Of a stretch of 64,000 bases of DNA, positions 50,652-61,572 are shown piece after piece (within the stretch, counting starts at the first letter, position 1; each line of letters starts with the position of its first letter). The stretch is taken from positions 1,312,001 to 1,376,000 of the forward strand of contig CAWAUV010000008.1 of the NCBI GenBank assembly GCA_963785305.1, written 5' to 3'. A model generated the notes under the pieces. The model was not told the origin of the DNA and made no database searches. It saw only the letters and a list, made by a program, of their open reading frames with translations. The position numbers and the translations under genes were made by a program. The DNA comes from an uncultured Planctomycetaceae bacterium. GTDB lineage: Bacteria; Planctomycetota; Planctomycetia; Pirellulales; PALSA-1355.

Positions 50652-52566
50652 TTAGCCCTGGGCGGCCTTTTGCTTGGCTTCGAGTTCTTGCCAGCGGTGG
50701 TAAAGAGCGTCGACCTGTTTTTGCGCTGCTTCAAGTTGTTCGCAGGCGGCTCGCAGCCGCACATGGTCCTCGGCCACGGCCGGGTCGACCACCAGCCGCT
50801 CCGATTCGGCCACGATCGCCTCGGCCGCGTGAATCTTGTCTTCGATTCCGTTCAGCTCGCGTTGTTCGTGGCTGGGCAGTTTTTTCGATTTGCCACGATT
50901 CTTGGTCCCATCGGCCGCCGTAGCGCCGACCGACGCGCCCGGCGATCCGCCCGAAGCCGAAGCGCGCGAAGGCTCGTCGTTGCGCGCCGCCCCGCCCCGC
51001 CGCGAATCGGGCGCGGCCGATTCTTTCGGCGGCTTCGCGGGCCGTGCTTTCCGGCCCTGGGCCGCTTCCCATTGGGCCAGATCGGCATAGACTCGCGACT
51101 GGCCTTCGCCATCGAGCCACAGGATCACGTTCGACACCCGATCGAGCAGATAGCGATCGTGGGTAATCAAGACCAACGCGCCCGGAAACTCCATCAGACT
51201 TTCTTCGAGCACTTCGAGCGATGGGATATCGAGATCGTTGGTCGGCTCGTCGAGCAGCAGCACATCGGCGGGCTGAATCATCAGCCGGGCAATCAGAATC
51301 CGCGCCTTCTCGCCGCCCGAAAGAAACTTGAGCGGTGTGTCGAGTTGTTCGGGCTGGAACAGGAATCGCTTGGCCCAGGCCACGACATGCACCTTGCGAT
51401 CTTGATACATCACATGGTCTTCGTTGTGCGTCAGGGCGGCGCGAAGCGTTTGCTCCTCGTCGAGCTGCTGGCGATGTTGATCGAACAGCACCACGCGCAA
51501 GTCGCGCACTCGACGGATCGAGCCCGCGGGCGGCGGCAATTCGCCGGCAAGCAGCTTGAGCAGGGTGGTCTTGCCGCTGCCGTTGGCGCCCAAGAGGCCG
51601 AGCCTGACGCCCGGCGAGAGCGTGAATTCGAGATCGCGAAACAGCATTCGCTCGCCGTAGCCCATGCCGAGCCCTTCGGCATCGATGAGGTCGTGCGTCT
51701 CGCGGCCGGTATTGCTGAACCCGATCTCGACCGCGCGGCCCGCCGCGTTGCGATCGCGCACCTCGGCCAGATTATCGAGCAGCTTGCCGGCTCGCTGAAT
51801 GCGGCCGACCGACTTGTGGGTACGGGCCTTGGGGCCTTGTCGCAGCCATTCGATCTCGCGACGAGCCTGGTTGGCGAGCGTTTCTTGCCGCCGCTGCTGG
51901 CCAGCCAAAAAGTCCTCGCGGGCCACGAGAAAGTCGCTATATCGCCCCCGGGTGGCGAAGTAGCCTTTCGGATAGCAGCGGTTCAATTCGATCACGCGAT
52001 TCGTCACGCGCTCGAGAAAATACCGGTCGTGGCTCACCAAGAGAAAGGCAAACGGCGCCGCGCCGAGGAACTTTTCGAGCCACACGATGCCTTCCAGATC
52101 GAGATGGTTCGTCGGCTCGTCGAGCAACATCACATCGGGCCGGAGGGCAAGCTGCTGGGCGATCGCCAGCCGCTTGCGCCAGCCGCCCGAAAGCTCGCGC
52201 ACCGGCTGCTCGCGATCCGTAAAGCCCACGCGGCTGAGCGCGATCGCGGCTTGCGTCTGGCGCTCGACCGCGTCGAGCGCCGTGGCGGCGAGGCCGGCGG
52301 CCATCACTTGATCGATGGTCGCGTCGGGGGCGAAGTCATCTTCTTGCGGCACAAGCGCGAGCCGGGCGCTGCTTGCGCACGAACACGCTCCCCGCGTCGG
52401 GCGTCTCACGGCCGGCCAGAATCTTGAGCAGCGTCGACTTGCCCGAGCCGTTGGGCCCGATCAGGCCCACTCGGTCGCCATCGGCGAGTTCGAACGCGAT
52501 CTCGGAAAACAAGGGCCGCGAGCCAAACGACTTGCTCAGCGACTGACAATTCAACACCAAAGCCAT
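50652..52566 (-). CDS. ABC-F (Uup-like) ATPase (frameshift near 52375)
   Basis: Two NBDs ([48 protein letters not shown]) and a C-terminal coiled coil. Confidence 0.9.
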
Positions 52567-52605
52567 GCGCCGTGAACCGCTTTCGGAAACGTTCGTGTCG
52601 ACTCG

Positions 52606-53613
52606 TTACTTGCCCGCCCCGGCGGCGTTTGTTGGCCCGGCGCCGGCGGCGCTTCCGGCGCCTCCGCTGCTTGTCGCGCTTTCCGCCGAGCCGGCCGGGC
52701 TGGCCGACTTCGGATAATCTCGCCACAGCCAACGCAGCGCGTCGGGCAAGATCGCTCCGCCATGCTTGCCGTTGTGAGCGCCTTCGCCAAAGACGAATTC
52801 ATGGTCGTAGTGGGCAAACTTGAGCGCCGCGGCCATTTCCTGATTCGCCAGCGGCCAGTTGCCGTGCTCGTTGTCCAGGTCGCCCGAGCCGTCTTGCAAG
52901 AACACCCGAATCGGCTTGGGCGGAGTCTTGCGGATCAGGGCCGGATACACATGACCGCCGCGAATGTTGGTGAAACTGCCCACATGGCTGAGCACTTTGC
53001 TAAATGCGTCGGGCCGTTGCCAGGCGACGGTCCAGGCACAAATGCCGCCGGAGCTGATTCCGCAAATCGCGCAGCCCAGCCGATCTTGCGTCAGGTTATG
53101 GCTCTTGCCCACCTCGGGCAGAATCTCCTCGAGCAAGAAGCGGGCATATTGATCGCTGAGCGTGTCGTATTCGAAGCTGCGATTGTTGCTTTTCCACGGA
53201 CCTTCCTTGGGCTGCTCGCCCTTGTGGCCCGGATCGATGAAGATGCCGATCGTCACCGGCATTTCGCCCTTGTGAATCAGATTGTCGAACACGATCGGCG
53301 CCCGGAAGTCGCCCTTCGGGTTGGAATAGGCGTGTCCGTCTTGAAACACCATGACGGCCGCGGGCCGGGCGGCATCGTACTGCGCCGGCACATAGACCTG
53401 ATACTTACGAGTGGTTTCCGGGAATATCTGACTTTGCCACACATGCTCCGTGATCTTCCCCACCGGCACACCCTCATGTCGCTGACTATCCTCGGGAACC
53501 GGATAACTTTCGGCGGCTCGAGCGCTCGCCACGACCAGGGCGGCGAGACCGAAGGCCAAGCATGAAACTCGGAACGTTAAATGTCGTGGGATTGCGAAGC
53601 TCGATGCAGTCAT
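52606..53613 (-). CDS. Exported alpha/beta-hydrolase esterase (Fes-like)
   Basis: VYVPAQY, MVFQDG, NRSFEYD, GISSGG nucleophile motif, GNWPLAN. Confidence 0.88.
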   Translation of the reverse strand: MTASSFAIPRHLTFRVSCLAFGLAALVVASARAAESYPVPEDSQRHEGVPVGKITEHVWQSQIFPETTRKYQVYVPAQYDAARPAAVMVFQDGHAYSNPKGDFRAPIVFDNLIHKGEMPVTIGIFIDPGHKGEQPKEGPWKSNNRSFEYDTLSDQYARFLLEEILPEVGKSHNLTQDRLGCAICGISSGGICAWTVAWQRPDAFSKVLSHVGSFTNIRGGHVYPALIRKTPPKPIRVFLQDGSGDLDNEHGNWPLANQEMAAALKFAHYDHEFVFGEGAHNGKHGGAILPDALRWLWRDYPKSASPAGSAESATSSGGAGSAAGAGPTNAAGAGK

Positions 53614-53682
53614 GGGTCGCCTCGAAGTCGATTCGGTGGTGAGTGGCCGCGAGGCCAGGGGTGGAGATCGCGTCGTGGGGGT

Positions 53683-55077
53683 TCATGGGGCGGGTCGCGG
53701 GCCGCGCTCGCCGGGAGCGGGCGCCGAGAGTCGGGCATCCAGACATTTCAACTCGCCGGCGGCGCTTCGGCAATAGATAAAACCGCGCGAAAGCGTCGGC
53801 ATCGTCCAGCAACGTCCTTCGAGCGCCTGGCAATGCGCTCGCTCGTGAAAGTCGTCGGGCGAGGCGTCCACCGTGAGCAGCTGGCCTTCGTCGCCGAGCA
53901 CCAGCAGCCGGTCGTCGGAAAGGAGCAATGTGCCCGTCCCCAATCCGCGATGCTTCCACCGCACTTCGCCGGTGGCGAGCTCCATGCACTCCAGGCTCAC
54001 GAGGCGCCGGTTGTGGCTATTGCCATCGAACCCATAGAGAAAACCATCTCGCAGCACGCACGAGGCCATGTGGTTGCGCATATGCTTGTTTTCGTAGATC
54101 TTGTCGAGCATGTTGTCGCGCAGCTCCAAGAGGACGCAGCCGCGATCGTAGCCGGTGGAAATGAAGATCCGGTCGCCGTCGAGGATCGGAGTGCAGGCGC
54201 TCGTGGCGTAGTCGGTTTTCCAAGGAAACTGGGCGACCTCGCCGCCGTCGGCCACGCGGGCCACGAGCAGCACGTCGTTGTTGAGCACCACCACGAGCTG
54301 TTCTTTTCCATGGCGCCAAACCACCGGACTGCCGTAGCCGGGCCGATACATCGCCGTCTTCCAAGCAAGTTCGCCGGTGCGCTTGTTAAACGCGGCGAGG
54401 CAACCGGCGTCGACAATCACAAGTTCATCGACCACGAGCGGCGAACACGAAAAACCCCACTCGGGCATTTTGACGTCGAACAATTTATGGAACTCGGCCG
54501 TCCAGATCGGGGCGCCGGTCGCGCGATCGAGGCACAAGAAGCGGCCGTCCTTGCTCACGGTGTAGACCCGATCGCCGTCGAGCGTGGGCGTGGCGGCGGG
54601 GCCGCCTTCGTGCAAATTATCGACCAGCGGCGCGGCGTAGGTGTGCTGCCAGATGACTCTGCCATCGGCGGCATCAAGGCGCCACACGCTGTCGAGCTCA
54701 CCTTCGTGGCCCATCGTGTAGCAACTGTCGGCGTCGGTCGAGACGCTACTGAACCCGATGCCCACGGCCGCCGACCACACGACCGGCAGCCCATCGGCCG
54801 GCCAATCGTCGCGGCGCCAATCCGTTTCCTTGGAAACGCCATCGCGGTTGGGCCCGCGCCACTGCGGCCAATCGCAACACGGCCTCGTCGCGGGGCTCGC
54901 GGGCGGCGCTTCGCCGGGCGAGGCGTTCGCGGCGTTCGCGGACGAAGAATCGCCGGTCAGCGCAGTCGAATTCGGCGAGTCGCAGCCGCCGCACGGCATG
55001 GCCCACGCGATAAGACAGGCAAGCGCCCAGCCGTGGCGCCGAACCTTTTGGATCATCGCGTTCACGATCTGGTTCAT
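53683..55077 (-). CDS. PQQ-like beta-propeller (BamB-like) lipoprotein
   Basis: DWPQWRGPNRDG, repeated LDAADG/TG..W blades, CWTMP. Start uncertain. Confidence 0.85.
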   Translation of the reverse strand: MNQIVNAMIQKVRRHGWALACLIAWAMPCGGCDSPNSTALTGDSSSANAANASPGEAPPASPATRPCCDWPQWRGPNRDGVSKETDWRRDDWPADGLPVVWSAAVGIGFSSVSTDADSCYTMGHEGELDSVWRLDAADGRVIWQHTYAAPLVDNLHEGGPAATPTLDGDRVYTVSKDGRFLCLDRATGAPIWTAEFHKLFDVKMPEWGFSCSPLVVDELVIVDAGCLAAFNKRTGELAWKTAMYRPGYGSPVVWRHGKEQLVVVLNNDVLLVARVADGGEVAQFPWKTDYATSACTPILDGDRIFISTGYDRGCVLLELRDNMLDKIYENKHMRNHMASCVLRDGFLYGFDGNSHNRRLVSLECMELATGEVRWKHRGLGTGTLLLSDDRLLVLGDEGQLLTVDASPDDFHERAHCQALEGRCWTMPTLSRGFIYCRSAAGELKCLDARLSAPAPGERGPRPAP

Positions 55078-55267
55078 GCAATTCCGCTTTTTAAGAAACT
55101 TCCGTGGCGATCGGCGCGAGATTATGCTTACGAATGTCCTTGGGCCCAACAATCGCGAGCGGGAGCTTCCAGTCACGACCCGAAACGAAAGCGAGGGCCG
55201 GGAAGTTATTTGATTTCGCTTCTTCGCCCCGCGCTTCGCCCTCCGCCCCTCGATCCCATGCTGTTTT

Positions 55268-56062
55268 ATGACAAATCTCTCGTCGCGACGCAAAGGTTCG
55301 ATTGCAATCCGACAGGTTCGCGAGCCGCGGGCGGCGCTCGGCGGGCGGATTGTCCTTGGGATCGCGGCGATCGTATTCGGGGCGCGGTCTTACGCGGCCG
55401 AGGAACAAACCGCTCCGCTTCGCCAATCGGATTCCGCCATGATTCTTACTGAATATCTCGCTGCCCGCGCCGGCGAGTTCGATCGGATCGCGCCGGAGCG
55501 CAAGGCGGTGCTCACTCGCGCCGCGATGTTCGTGCGCGAGAAGACGAGAGCCCGCCAGCCAGCCCAACTGTTGTTTATTTGCACGCACAATTCCCGTCGC
55601 AGCCATCTCGCCCAAATCTGGGCCACGCTCGCGGCCGAGCGCTACCATGTCTCGAATGTCGCCTGTTTCTCCGGCGGCACGGAAGCCACGGCGTTCAACC
55701 CGCGGGCCGTGGCGGCATTGCGACGCGCCGGTGTCCGTGTCGAGCAAGCTTCGTCGGAGCCGCCACAATCTGGCAATCCCGAGTATCTCGCCCACCTCGC
55801 CACCGAGGCCAAGCCGCTGCGCTGCTTCTCGAAGGTGTATAACGACCCGGCGAATCCGCGCTCCGACTACTGCGCGATCATGACCTGCGCCGAAGCCGAC
55901 AAAAACTGCCCCGCAATTCCCGCGGCGGCCCTTCGCCTTTCGCTCCCTTATCGCGACCCCAAAGCCTCCGATGGCCAACCCGACGAAGCAGCCGCATATG
56001 ACAGTGCCTGCGCCGAAATCAGTCGCGAGATGTTCTACCTATTCTCCCAATGTAACTGTTAA
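55268..56062 (+). CDS. LMW protein-tyrosine phosphatase / ArsC-like protein; last codons and stop supplied by IS66
   Basis: P-loop FICTHNSRRS, SGGTEATAFNPRAV, MTCAEADKNCP, YRDPK. Confidence 0.85.
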   Translation: MTNLSSRRKGSIAIRQVREPRAALGGRIVLGIAAIVFGARSYAAEEQTAPLRQSDSAMILTEYLAARAGEFDRIAPERKAVLTRAAMFVREKTRARQPAQLLFICTHNSRRSHLAQIWATLAAERYHVSNVACFSGGTEATAFNPRAVAALRRAGVRVEQASSEPPQSGNPEYLAHLATEAKPLRCFSKVYNDPANPRSDYCAIMTCAEADKNCPAIPAAALRLSLPYRDPKASDGQPDEAAAYDSACAEISREMFYLFSQCNC

Positions 56063-57606
56063 GCATTTCCTCTTTCCCGAAATTGGGTTTTCGGTCACAT
56101 TGATTGGATCATGGATGATCGAGATCGACGGATCGCCGAGTTGGAAGCGGAAATCGCCCGGTTGCTGGCGGAGAATATCACGCTGCGCAAGCGCGTCGAG
56201 CAACTCGAACAGCAAGTCCAAAAGTTTCTTCAGCGGCGCAAGAAAACCCGCTCGGCCGCCGATGCGCGGCGTGGCGAACAGGATCGCCGCCGCAAGCAGT
56301 TTCGCAAACATCCGGGCAGCTTTCGTCCAGAGCCGCCGCCCGGCCCATCGCATATCGAAATACATAGTATTCATCGAACACGATGTGCATCCGCGAGAGT
56401 GTCCGCATTGCGGCGGCCACGATCTGACCGCCACGGCGAGTTCGAAGACCATGAGATGGCGGAGATTCCAGAGCCCAAGCTCGAATGGCATCGGTATCGC
56501 CGTCATACCTACCGTTGCGAACATTGCCAAGCCACCTGCCAAGGACGCGGCGACTTGGAACTGCCCGGCGCCCACATCGGGCCACGCGCGCGCTTGTTGG
56601 TCTGCTACGCGCGGGTTCACCTGGGCATCTCGCTCGGCAAAACGCAACACTTGCTGAAAGACTTCTTTGGTCTTTCGGCCAGCCGGGCCGGATTGCTCGG
56701 CCATTTGCGTTGGGGCGGCGCTTTGTTCGAGCCGGTGGTCGACAAACTCTGGGAACTCTTGCGCAATTCGCCGGTCGTGCAAGGCGACGAAACCGGTTGG
56801 CGGATCGACGGACTGCCCGCGTGGGCCTGGTGTTTTCGAGACCCGCGCTTGGCATTGTTCCTGATCGATCGCCATCGCAATCGGGCCGTGCTCGAGCGAG
56901 CGTTGGGCACATCGTTCGCGGGCACGCTGGTCAGCGATTTTTATGCGGTCTACAACGGGCTCGACTGCCGCAAACAGCGCTGCTTGGTCCATTTGCTTCG
57001 CGAGTTGCACAAGCTGCGCGAGACGTTGCCGGCGGCGAGCGCGCGGGCCTTCATCCAGCCGTTGATCACGCTGTTTCAAGACGCGATCCGGTTGGGCCAC
57101 GAGCGCAAGTCGCTCGGCAAAAAAGCTTTCAACGCGGCCCGACACGAGATTCAAAACCGTTTCGACACGTTGATGCTCGAGACGCGCGTGCGGCATCGCG
57201 AATGTTTGCGAATCTGGCGGCGGCTGTTCAAGCACTCGGACGAATTGTTCACCTTTCTCGACGATGCGAATGTTCCGGCCGACAACAACGGAACCGAACG
57301 CGACATCCGAAGCCTGGCGGCGGCGAGGAATGATGGCGGCACGCATCGGACCGAATGGAGCGCGGCGGCGTTCGCCCGAATCAAGAGCGTGATCGCGACC
57401 GGCGCGAAAAACAGTTTGAGTTTTGCAAAGTATGGCATCGAAGTCGTGCGCGCTAAATTGCAAGGCAAGACCCTGCCGCTGCCGATCACCAATAGCAGTT
57501 AAACCATCCGCCACGCGACCCATCCCCGGAAATTCCTCGCCCGCGATCCCCGCCAATATCGCCACCGCCCCCCCGCGCCCAGGCCACGCCACGGCTTAAC
57601 AGTTAC
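56052..57606 (+). mobile_element. IS66-family (single-ORF) element, copy 2, 1555 bp
   Basis: 13-bp TIR GTAACTGTTAAGC / GCTTAACAGTTAC. No exact TSD. Confidence 0.92.
56111..57502 (+). CDS. IS66 transposase (TnpC-like)
   Basis: Coiled coil, VQGDETGWR, LVSDFYAVY, QRCLVHLLR, VPADNNGTERDIR. Confidence 0.9.
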   Translation: MDDRDRRIAELEAEIARLLAENITLRKRVEQLEQQVQKFLQRRKKTRSAADARRGEQDRRRKQFRKHPGSFRPEPPPGPSHIEIHSIHRTRCASARVSALRRPRSDRHGEFEDHEMAEIPEPKLEWHRYRRHTYRCEHCQATCQGRGDLELPGAHIGPRARLLVCYARVHLGISLGKTQHLLKDFFGLSASRAGLLGHLRWGGALFEPVVDKLWELLRNSPVVQGDETGWRIDGLPAWAWCFRDPRLALFLIDRHRNRAVLERALGTSFAGTLVSDFYAVYNGLDCRKQRCLVHLLRELHKLRETLPAASARAFIQPLITLFQDAIRLGHERKSLGKKAFNAARHEIQNRFDTLMLETRVRHRECLRIWRRLFKHSDELFTFLDDANVPADNNGTERDIRSLAAARNDGGTHRTEWSAAAFARIKSVIATGAKNSLSFAKYGIEVVRAKLQGKTLPLPITNSS

Positions 57607-57696
57607 CAAATAAGCGACTGTCCACGCGCCGCCGAGCCGCGAGACGGCCCCGCGCCTTGGCCGCGCGGTTGGAGATTTGCCGGACCTGACAGCGCA

Positions 57697-58494
57697 CTAA
57701 TACCGCACGACATCCTTTTGGACGCCGTCGGGCCAAAGCGCTTTGTGAACCTGTTGCGCACGTTCGGTCATGTATCGCAGTTCGCTGCCCACGGCGATGA
57801 ATTGCATGCCCTGCTTGGCGCGGGCGTGGGCCGCTTCGGGTTCCATGACATGCATGCCCGTGGGAGTTCCGGCCTGCTTGCCGATGTCGATGATTCGCTG
57901 GAGCGTGGCTTCGAACTCTTCATTCGTGGCCTCGGTTCCGTCGGGCTTGCGCATTTGAGCCCGCAGGTCGACCGGGCCGACAAAGATCGCGTCGACGCCC
58001 GGCAGGCGATAGATTTCATTGGCGTTGGCTACTCCGCGCGGGCTTTCGGTTTGCAGCACCACCAGGATTTCGTCGTTGGCCCTTTGGTAGTATTCGCCGG
58101 CGGTGCAGCCGAAATTCAGGGAGTGCATGCCGCCGCCCAGGCTGCGGTTGCCGGTGGGCGGATATTTAGCCGCGGCGATGGCGATCTTGGCCTCTTCGAC
58201 GGTATCCACCATCGGCACGACAATCCCCCAGGCGCCGGCGTCGAGCACGCGCTTGATATGGTCGTGGCTTCCCTTGGGCACTCGGGCCAGCGGCACGCCC
58301 CCGGCGTCGGCCACGGCGGCAAAGATCATCGCCGCTTGCGACCAGTCGATCGGCGAATGCTCCAGATCGAGCGTGAGCCAGTCGAATTCCAGGCGTGCTA
58401 GCACTCGGGTGGCAAACAAATCGCCGAGCGACAGCCAGCTCCCAAACGCGGGCTTGCCCTCGCGCAATAGGCGTTTGACCCGATTGGTTTTCAT
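57697..58494 (-). CDS. HpcH/HpaI aldolase family
   Basis: [50 protein letters not shown]. Confidence 0.92.
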   Translation of the reverse strand: MKTNRVKRLLREGKPAFGSWLSLGDLFATRVLARLEFDWLTLDLEHSPIDWSQAAMIFAAVADAGGVPLARVPKGSHDHIKRVLDAGAWGIVVPMVDTVEEAKIAIAAAKYPPTGNRSLGGGMHSLNFGCTAGEYYQRANDEILVVLQTESPRGVANANEIYRLPGVDAIFVGPVDLRAQMRKPDGTEATNEEFEATLQRIIDIGKQAGTPTGMHVMEPEAAHARAKQGMQFIAVGSELRYMTERAQQVHKALWPDGVQKDVVRY

Positions 58495-58811
58495 GCGGAC
58501 ACGTTCTCCCCTGCCGGTCTCTTGAGGCCGTGAATTCGAAAAGAGCCGTTAAAAACAGCCGGAAATAGCTGGATTCGCGGCTTGAGTGTAAGGCGCCTCG
58601 CCCCCGGGAGCAAACCTGGCAATTTTCTTTTCCGCGGCCGCGTGGCGCCCGGAGCGAAGTATCCCGAAATCGCGCGATGGATTATATTTCGGAAACCGCC
58701 CAGGCGCCCGGCGAGGCCCGGGGCGGCGGAATCAGAGCCCGCGCTTTTGCCCGAGCCCCTCGGGCCACGCCGCCGCGGTCGCTGGCTTTTTAACATTCGT
58801 AAAAGTTGAAC

Positions 58812-60611
58812 ATGACCAAAACCAAGCTCGCATCCAAAGACAAGGAGCGCCCCAATACGGCGGCCGACGCTCCGCCCAGCGACAAGGCCAGCAATCGCCG
58901 CGCAATGCGCGAAACGATCGAAAGCTTCGTCGTGGCGCTGGTGTGGGCGTTTTTGTTTCGCACCTTCGAGGCCGAGCCGTTCGTGATTCCCACCGGCTCG
59001 ATGGCGCCGACGCTCATGGGCCGCCACTTGGACGTGACCTGCCCCACCTGCAAATACAACTACCGCGCCGGAGCCCGCGAAGACTTCATCATTACCGAGA
59101 CCTATTGTCCGATGTGCCACGCTCCGGCCGATGTCGATCCGAGCCGGCCGGGCGGCAAGGCCAATCCGGTGTACAACGGCGACCGGGTGATCGTGAGCAA
59201 GTTCGCCTACGATTTTTCCGCGCCCAAGCGGTGGGATGTGTTCGTGTTCAAATATCCCGGCAACGCGAGCATGAACTATATCAAGCGGCTGGTCGGCTTG
59301 CCCAACGAGACATTGGGCATCCATCACGGTGATCTGTTTCTCCGCCCGACCGACGACGAACAGGCGCCGCCCGAGATCGCTCGCAAGCCGCCGGAAAAAG
59401 TGCTTGCCATGGCCCAGCCGGTCTATGACAACGACTATGTAGTCGATGCGATGACCCAGGCCGGTTGGCCGCTCCGCTGGCAGAACTGGGCGCCGGAGCG
59501 CAAAGACCTGGCCTGGGCCTCGGACGATGGCGGACGATCGTTTGCAATCGTCGCGGCCGAGGGCGATGGCAAAGCCGCGGGAGGAGCGGCCTCGTCGGCC
59601 GCGGACGAAACCCTGTGGCTGCGATACCAGAACTTCGTGCCTTCGGCCCACGACTGGGACGCGATCGAGCACGGCGCGCTCAAAGATGGCCCGTCGCCCA
59701 GGCCGCAACTGATCACCGATTACTATGCCTACAACGACACGCGAATCGGCAACGGCGCGCCGCCGGGCGGCACGATTCCGTTTGGGGTGAACTGGGTGGC
59801 CGATCTCAAGCTCGACGTCGAACTCGAATTCAAGACGAGCGCCGGCGTGGTCGCGCTCGACCTCGTCTCGGGCGGAAAACATCTCGGTTGCGAAATAGAC
59901 GTGGCGACGGGCGAGGTCACGTTCAAGATCGAAGGTCGGCCCGATTTTCATCCGCATGCGAAAACCGCGCTTCGCGGCCCGGGCACGCATCGGGTGGCGT
60001 TCGCCAATTTCGATCGGCAGTTGACGCTGTTCGTCGACGGAAAGCCGGTGTCGTTCGATGGTCCCGCGACTTACGGATTCCTCGACAACGACTTGCCGAC
60101 CGAGGCCGATCTCGCGCCGGCCGGCATCGGCTCGCGTGGCGCGGGGGTCGCGGCGCGGCATTTGCGAATCGATCGCGATGTGTACTATATCGCCGACAAA
60201 TCCACGCCCGGCGAGGGCGAGGGCATGATTCAGGACTTTTCGCGAAACTCGGAATTGTTCGACCTGTTGATCGAAGCCGGATTTCGCGGCAGCCGCCGGC
60301 GAGAGGAATTCCTCTCCGACCCGCGGCAGTGGCAGCGCGGACCCGACGGCAAGAGCATTTTCGACGAACGGCGGGCAGTGACTTTCGAGCTGCGGGCCGA
60401 TCAGTTCTTTGCCCTGGGCGACAACAGCCCGATGAGCGCCGACAGTCGACTTTGGGATAAGTCGCCGCACTATGTCGAGCGATCGCTCTTGATCGGCAAG
60501 GCGGTGATCGTGTATTGGCCGCGGGCGGCGTATAGCTTGCCGTTGCCGTTTGGTCCGGTGGATAGTATTCCGCTGGTGCCGAACTTCGCGAGGATGCGAT
60601 TCGTGCGTTAG
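58812..60611 (+). CDS. lepB: Signal peptidase I, long planctomycete form
   Basis: FVIPTGSMAPTL, GDRVIVSK, NYIKRLVGLP, FALGDNSPMSADSR; inserted CPTC..CPMC. Confidence 0.92.
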   Translation: MTKTKLASKDKERPNTAADAPPSDKASNRRAMRETIESFVVALVWAFLFRTFEAEPFVIPTGSMAPTLMGRHLDVTCPTCKYNYRAGAREDFIITETYCPMCHAPADVDPSRPGGKANPVYNGDRVIVSKFAYDFSAPKRWDVFVFKYPGNASMNYIKRLVGLPNETLGIHHGDLFLRPTDDEQAPPEIARKPPEKVLAMAQPVYDNDYVVDAMTQAGWPLRWQNWAPERKDLAWASDDGGRSFAIVAAEGDGKAAGGAASSAADETLWLRYQNFVPSAHDWDAIEHGALKDGPSPRPQLITDYYAYNDTRIGNGAPPGGTIPFGVNWVADLKLDVELEFKTSAGVVALDLVSGGKHLGCEIDVATGEVTFKIEGRPDFHPHAKTALRGPGTHRVAFANFDRQLTLFVDGKPVSFDGPATYGFLDNDLPTEADLAPAGIGSRGAGVAARHLRIDRDVYYIADKSTPGEGEGMIQDFSRNSELFDLLIEAGFRGSRRREEFLSDPRQWQRGPDGKSIFDERRAVTFELRADQFFALGDNSPMSADSRLWDKSPHYVERSLLIGKAVIVYWPRAAYSLPLPFGPVDSIPLVPNFARMRFVR

Positions 60612-60687
60612 CTTGCGAGCGCGGCGGAGCCGCGGCCGCGAAAAGGCGATGGCTCGCCGCCGGGAAGAATCAGGGAGGAATCTTGCG

Positions 60688-61437
60688 ATGGCCATGCTCG
60701 AAGTGTTCGGACTCGTGAAAACCTATGGCCGGCGACGGGTTGTCGATGGCGTCGATTTCTCGGTCGAAAAGGGAGAAATCGTCGGGCTCTTGGGGCCCAA
60801 TGGCGCCGGCAAGACCACCAGCTTCCGCATGACGTGCGGCATGATCGAGCCCGACTCGGGCCGGGTGATGCTCAACGGACTCGATGTGACACGCTGGCCC
60901 ATGTATCGCCGCTCGCGCGATGGCGGCATGGGCTACCTGGCCCAGGAATCGAGCGTGTTTCGCAAACTCTCGGTCGAGAACAATCTGCTCGGCGTGATGG
61001 AAATGCTGAACATGGATCGCAAGACCCGCCGCGCGCGCTGCGAGGAATTGCTCGGCCAGTTCGATATCGCGCGGCTCCGCAAGAGCCGGGCCATGTCGCT
61101 TTCGGGCGGCGAACGGCGGCGGCTCGAAATCGCCCGCTGCCTGGTTTCCAACCCCAAACTGATCCTGCTCGATGAGCCGTTCACGGGCATCGACCCGGTG
61201 ACGATCCACAGCATTCAGCAAATCATTCGCGACCTGAGCCGGCGGGGCATCGCGATCTTGATTACCGACCATCAGGTGCGCGAGACATTGCAAATCACGG
61301 ATCGCAGCTATGTGGTGCGGGGCGGCAAAGTGCTCTGCCACGGCACGCCCGAAGAAGTGCTTTCGAATGCCGAGGCTCGCCGGTATTACTTCGGCGAAGG
61401 CATGGACCTGGGCGGCTTGGGCCCGGCGGCGGCGTGA
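60688..61437 (+). CDS. lptB: LPS export ABC ATPase
   Basis: GLLGPNGAGKTTSF, GYLAQESSVFRKL, LSGGERRRLEIAR, LLDEPFTGIDP, ITDH. Confidence 0.93.
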   Translation: MAMLEVFGLVKTYGRRRVVDGVDFSVEKGEIVGLLGPNGAGKTTSFRMTCGMIEPDSGRVMLNGLDVTRWPMYRRSRDGGMGYLAQESSVFRKLSVENNLLGVMEMLNMDRKTRRARCEELLGQFDIARLRKSRAMSLSGGERRRLEIARCLVSNPKLILLDEPFTGIDPVTIHSIQQIIRDLSRRGIAILITDHQVRETLQITDRSYVVRGGKVLCHGTPEEVLSNAEARRYYFGEGMDLGGLGPAAA

Positions 61438-61464
61438 CAGCCTGTTGAATACTTCGACAGGCTG
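61438..61464. repeat. Minimal family A palindrome at the lptB stop
   Basis: CAGCCTGTTGAATACTTCGACAGGCTG. Confidence 0.7.
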
Positions 61465-61572
61465 CCGAGCTGATCTTGTGCCGGGAGCGCTGATTTGATA
61501 GCTAGCAGCGCGGGATCGCGAGGCCACTAAAAGCTTTGTCGCGATTCGGTCGAATCCACTCCGCGCAGCCCC

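Noticed and set aside
18366..57606. Two same-orientation IS66 copies as a 39-kb composite transposon
   Set aside because: The enclosed DNA is core housekeeping (yidC, mnmE, tsaB, tRNA). Outer flanks (TTAGCGAG / CAAATAAG) do not match, and the inner flanks share only CTCCC.
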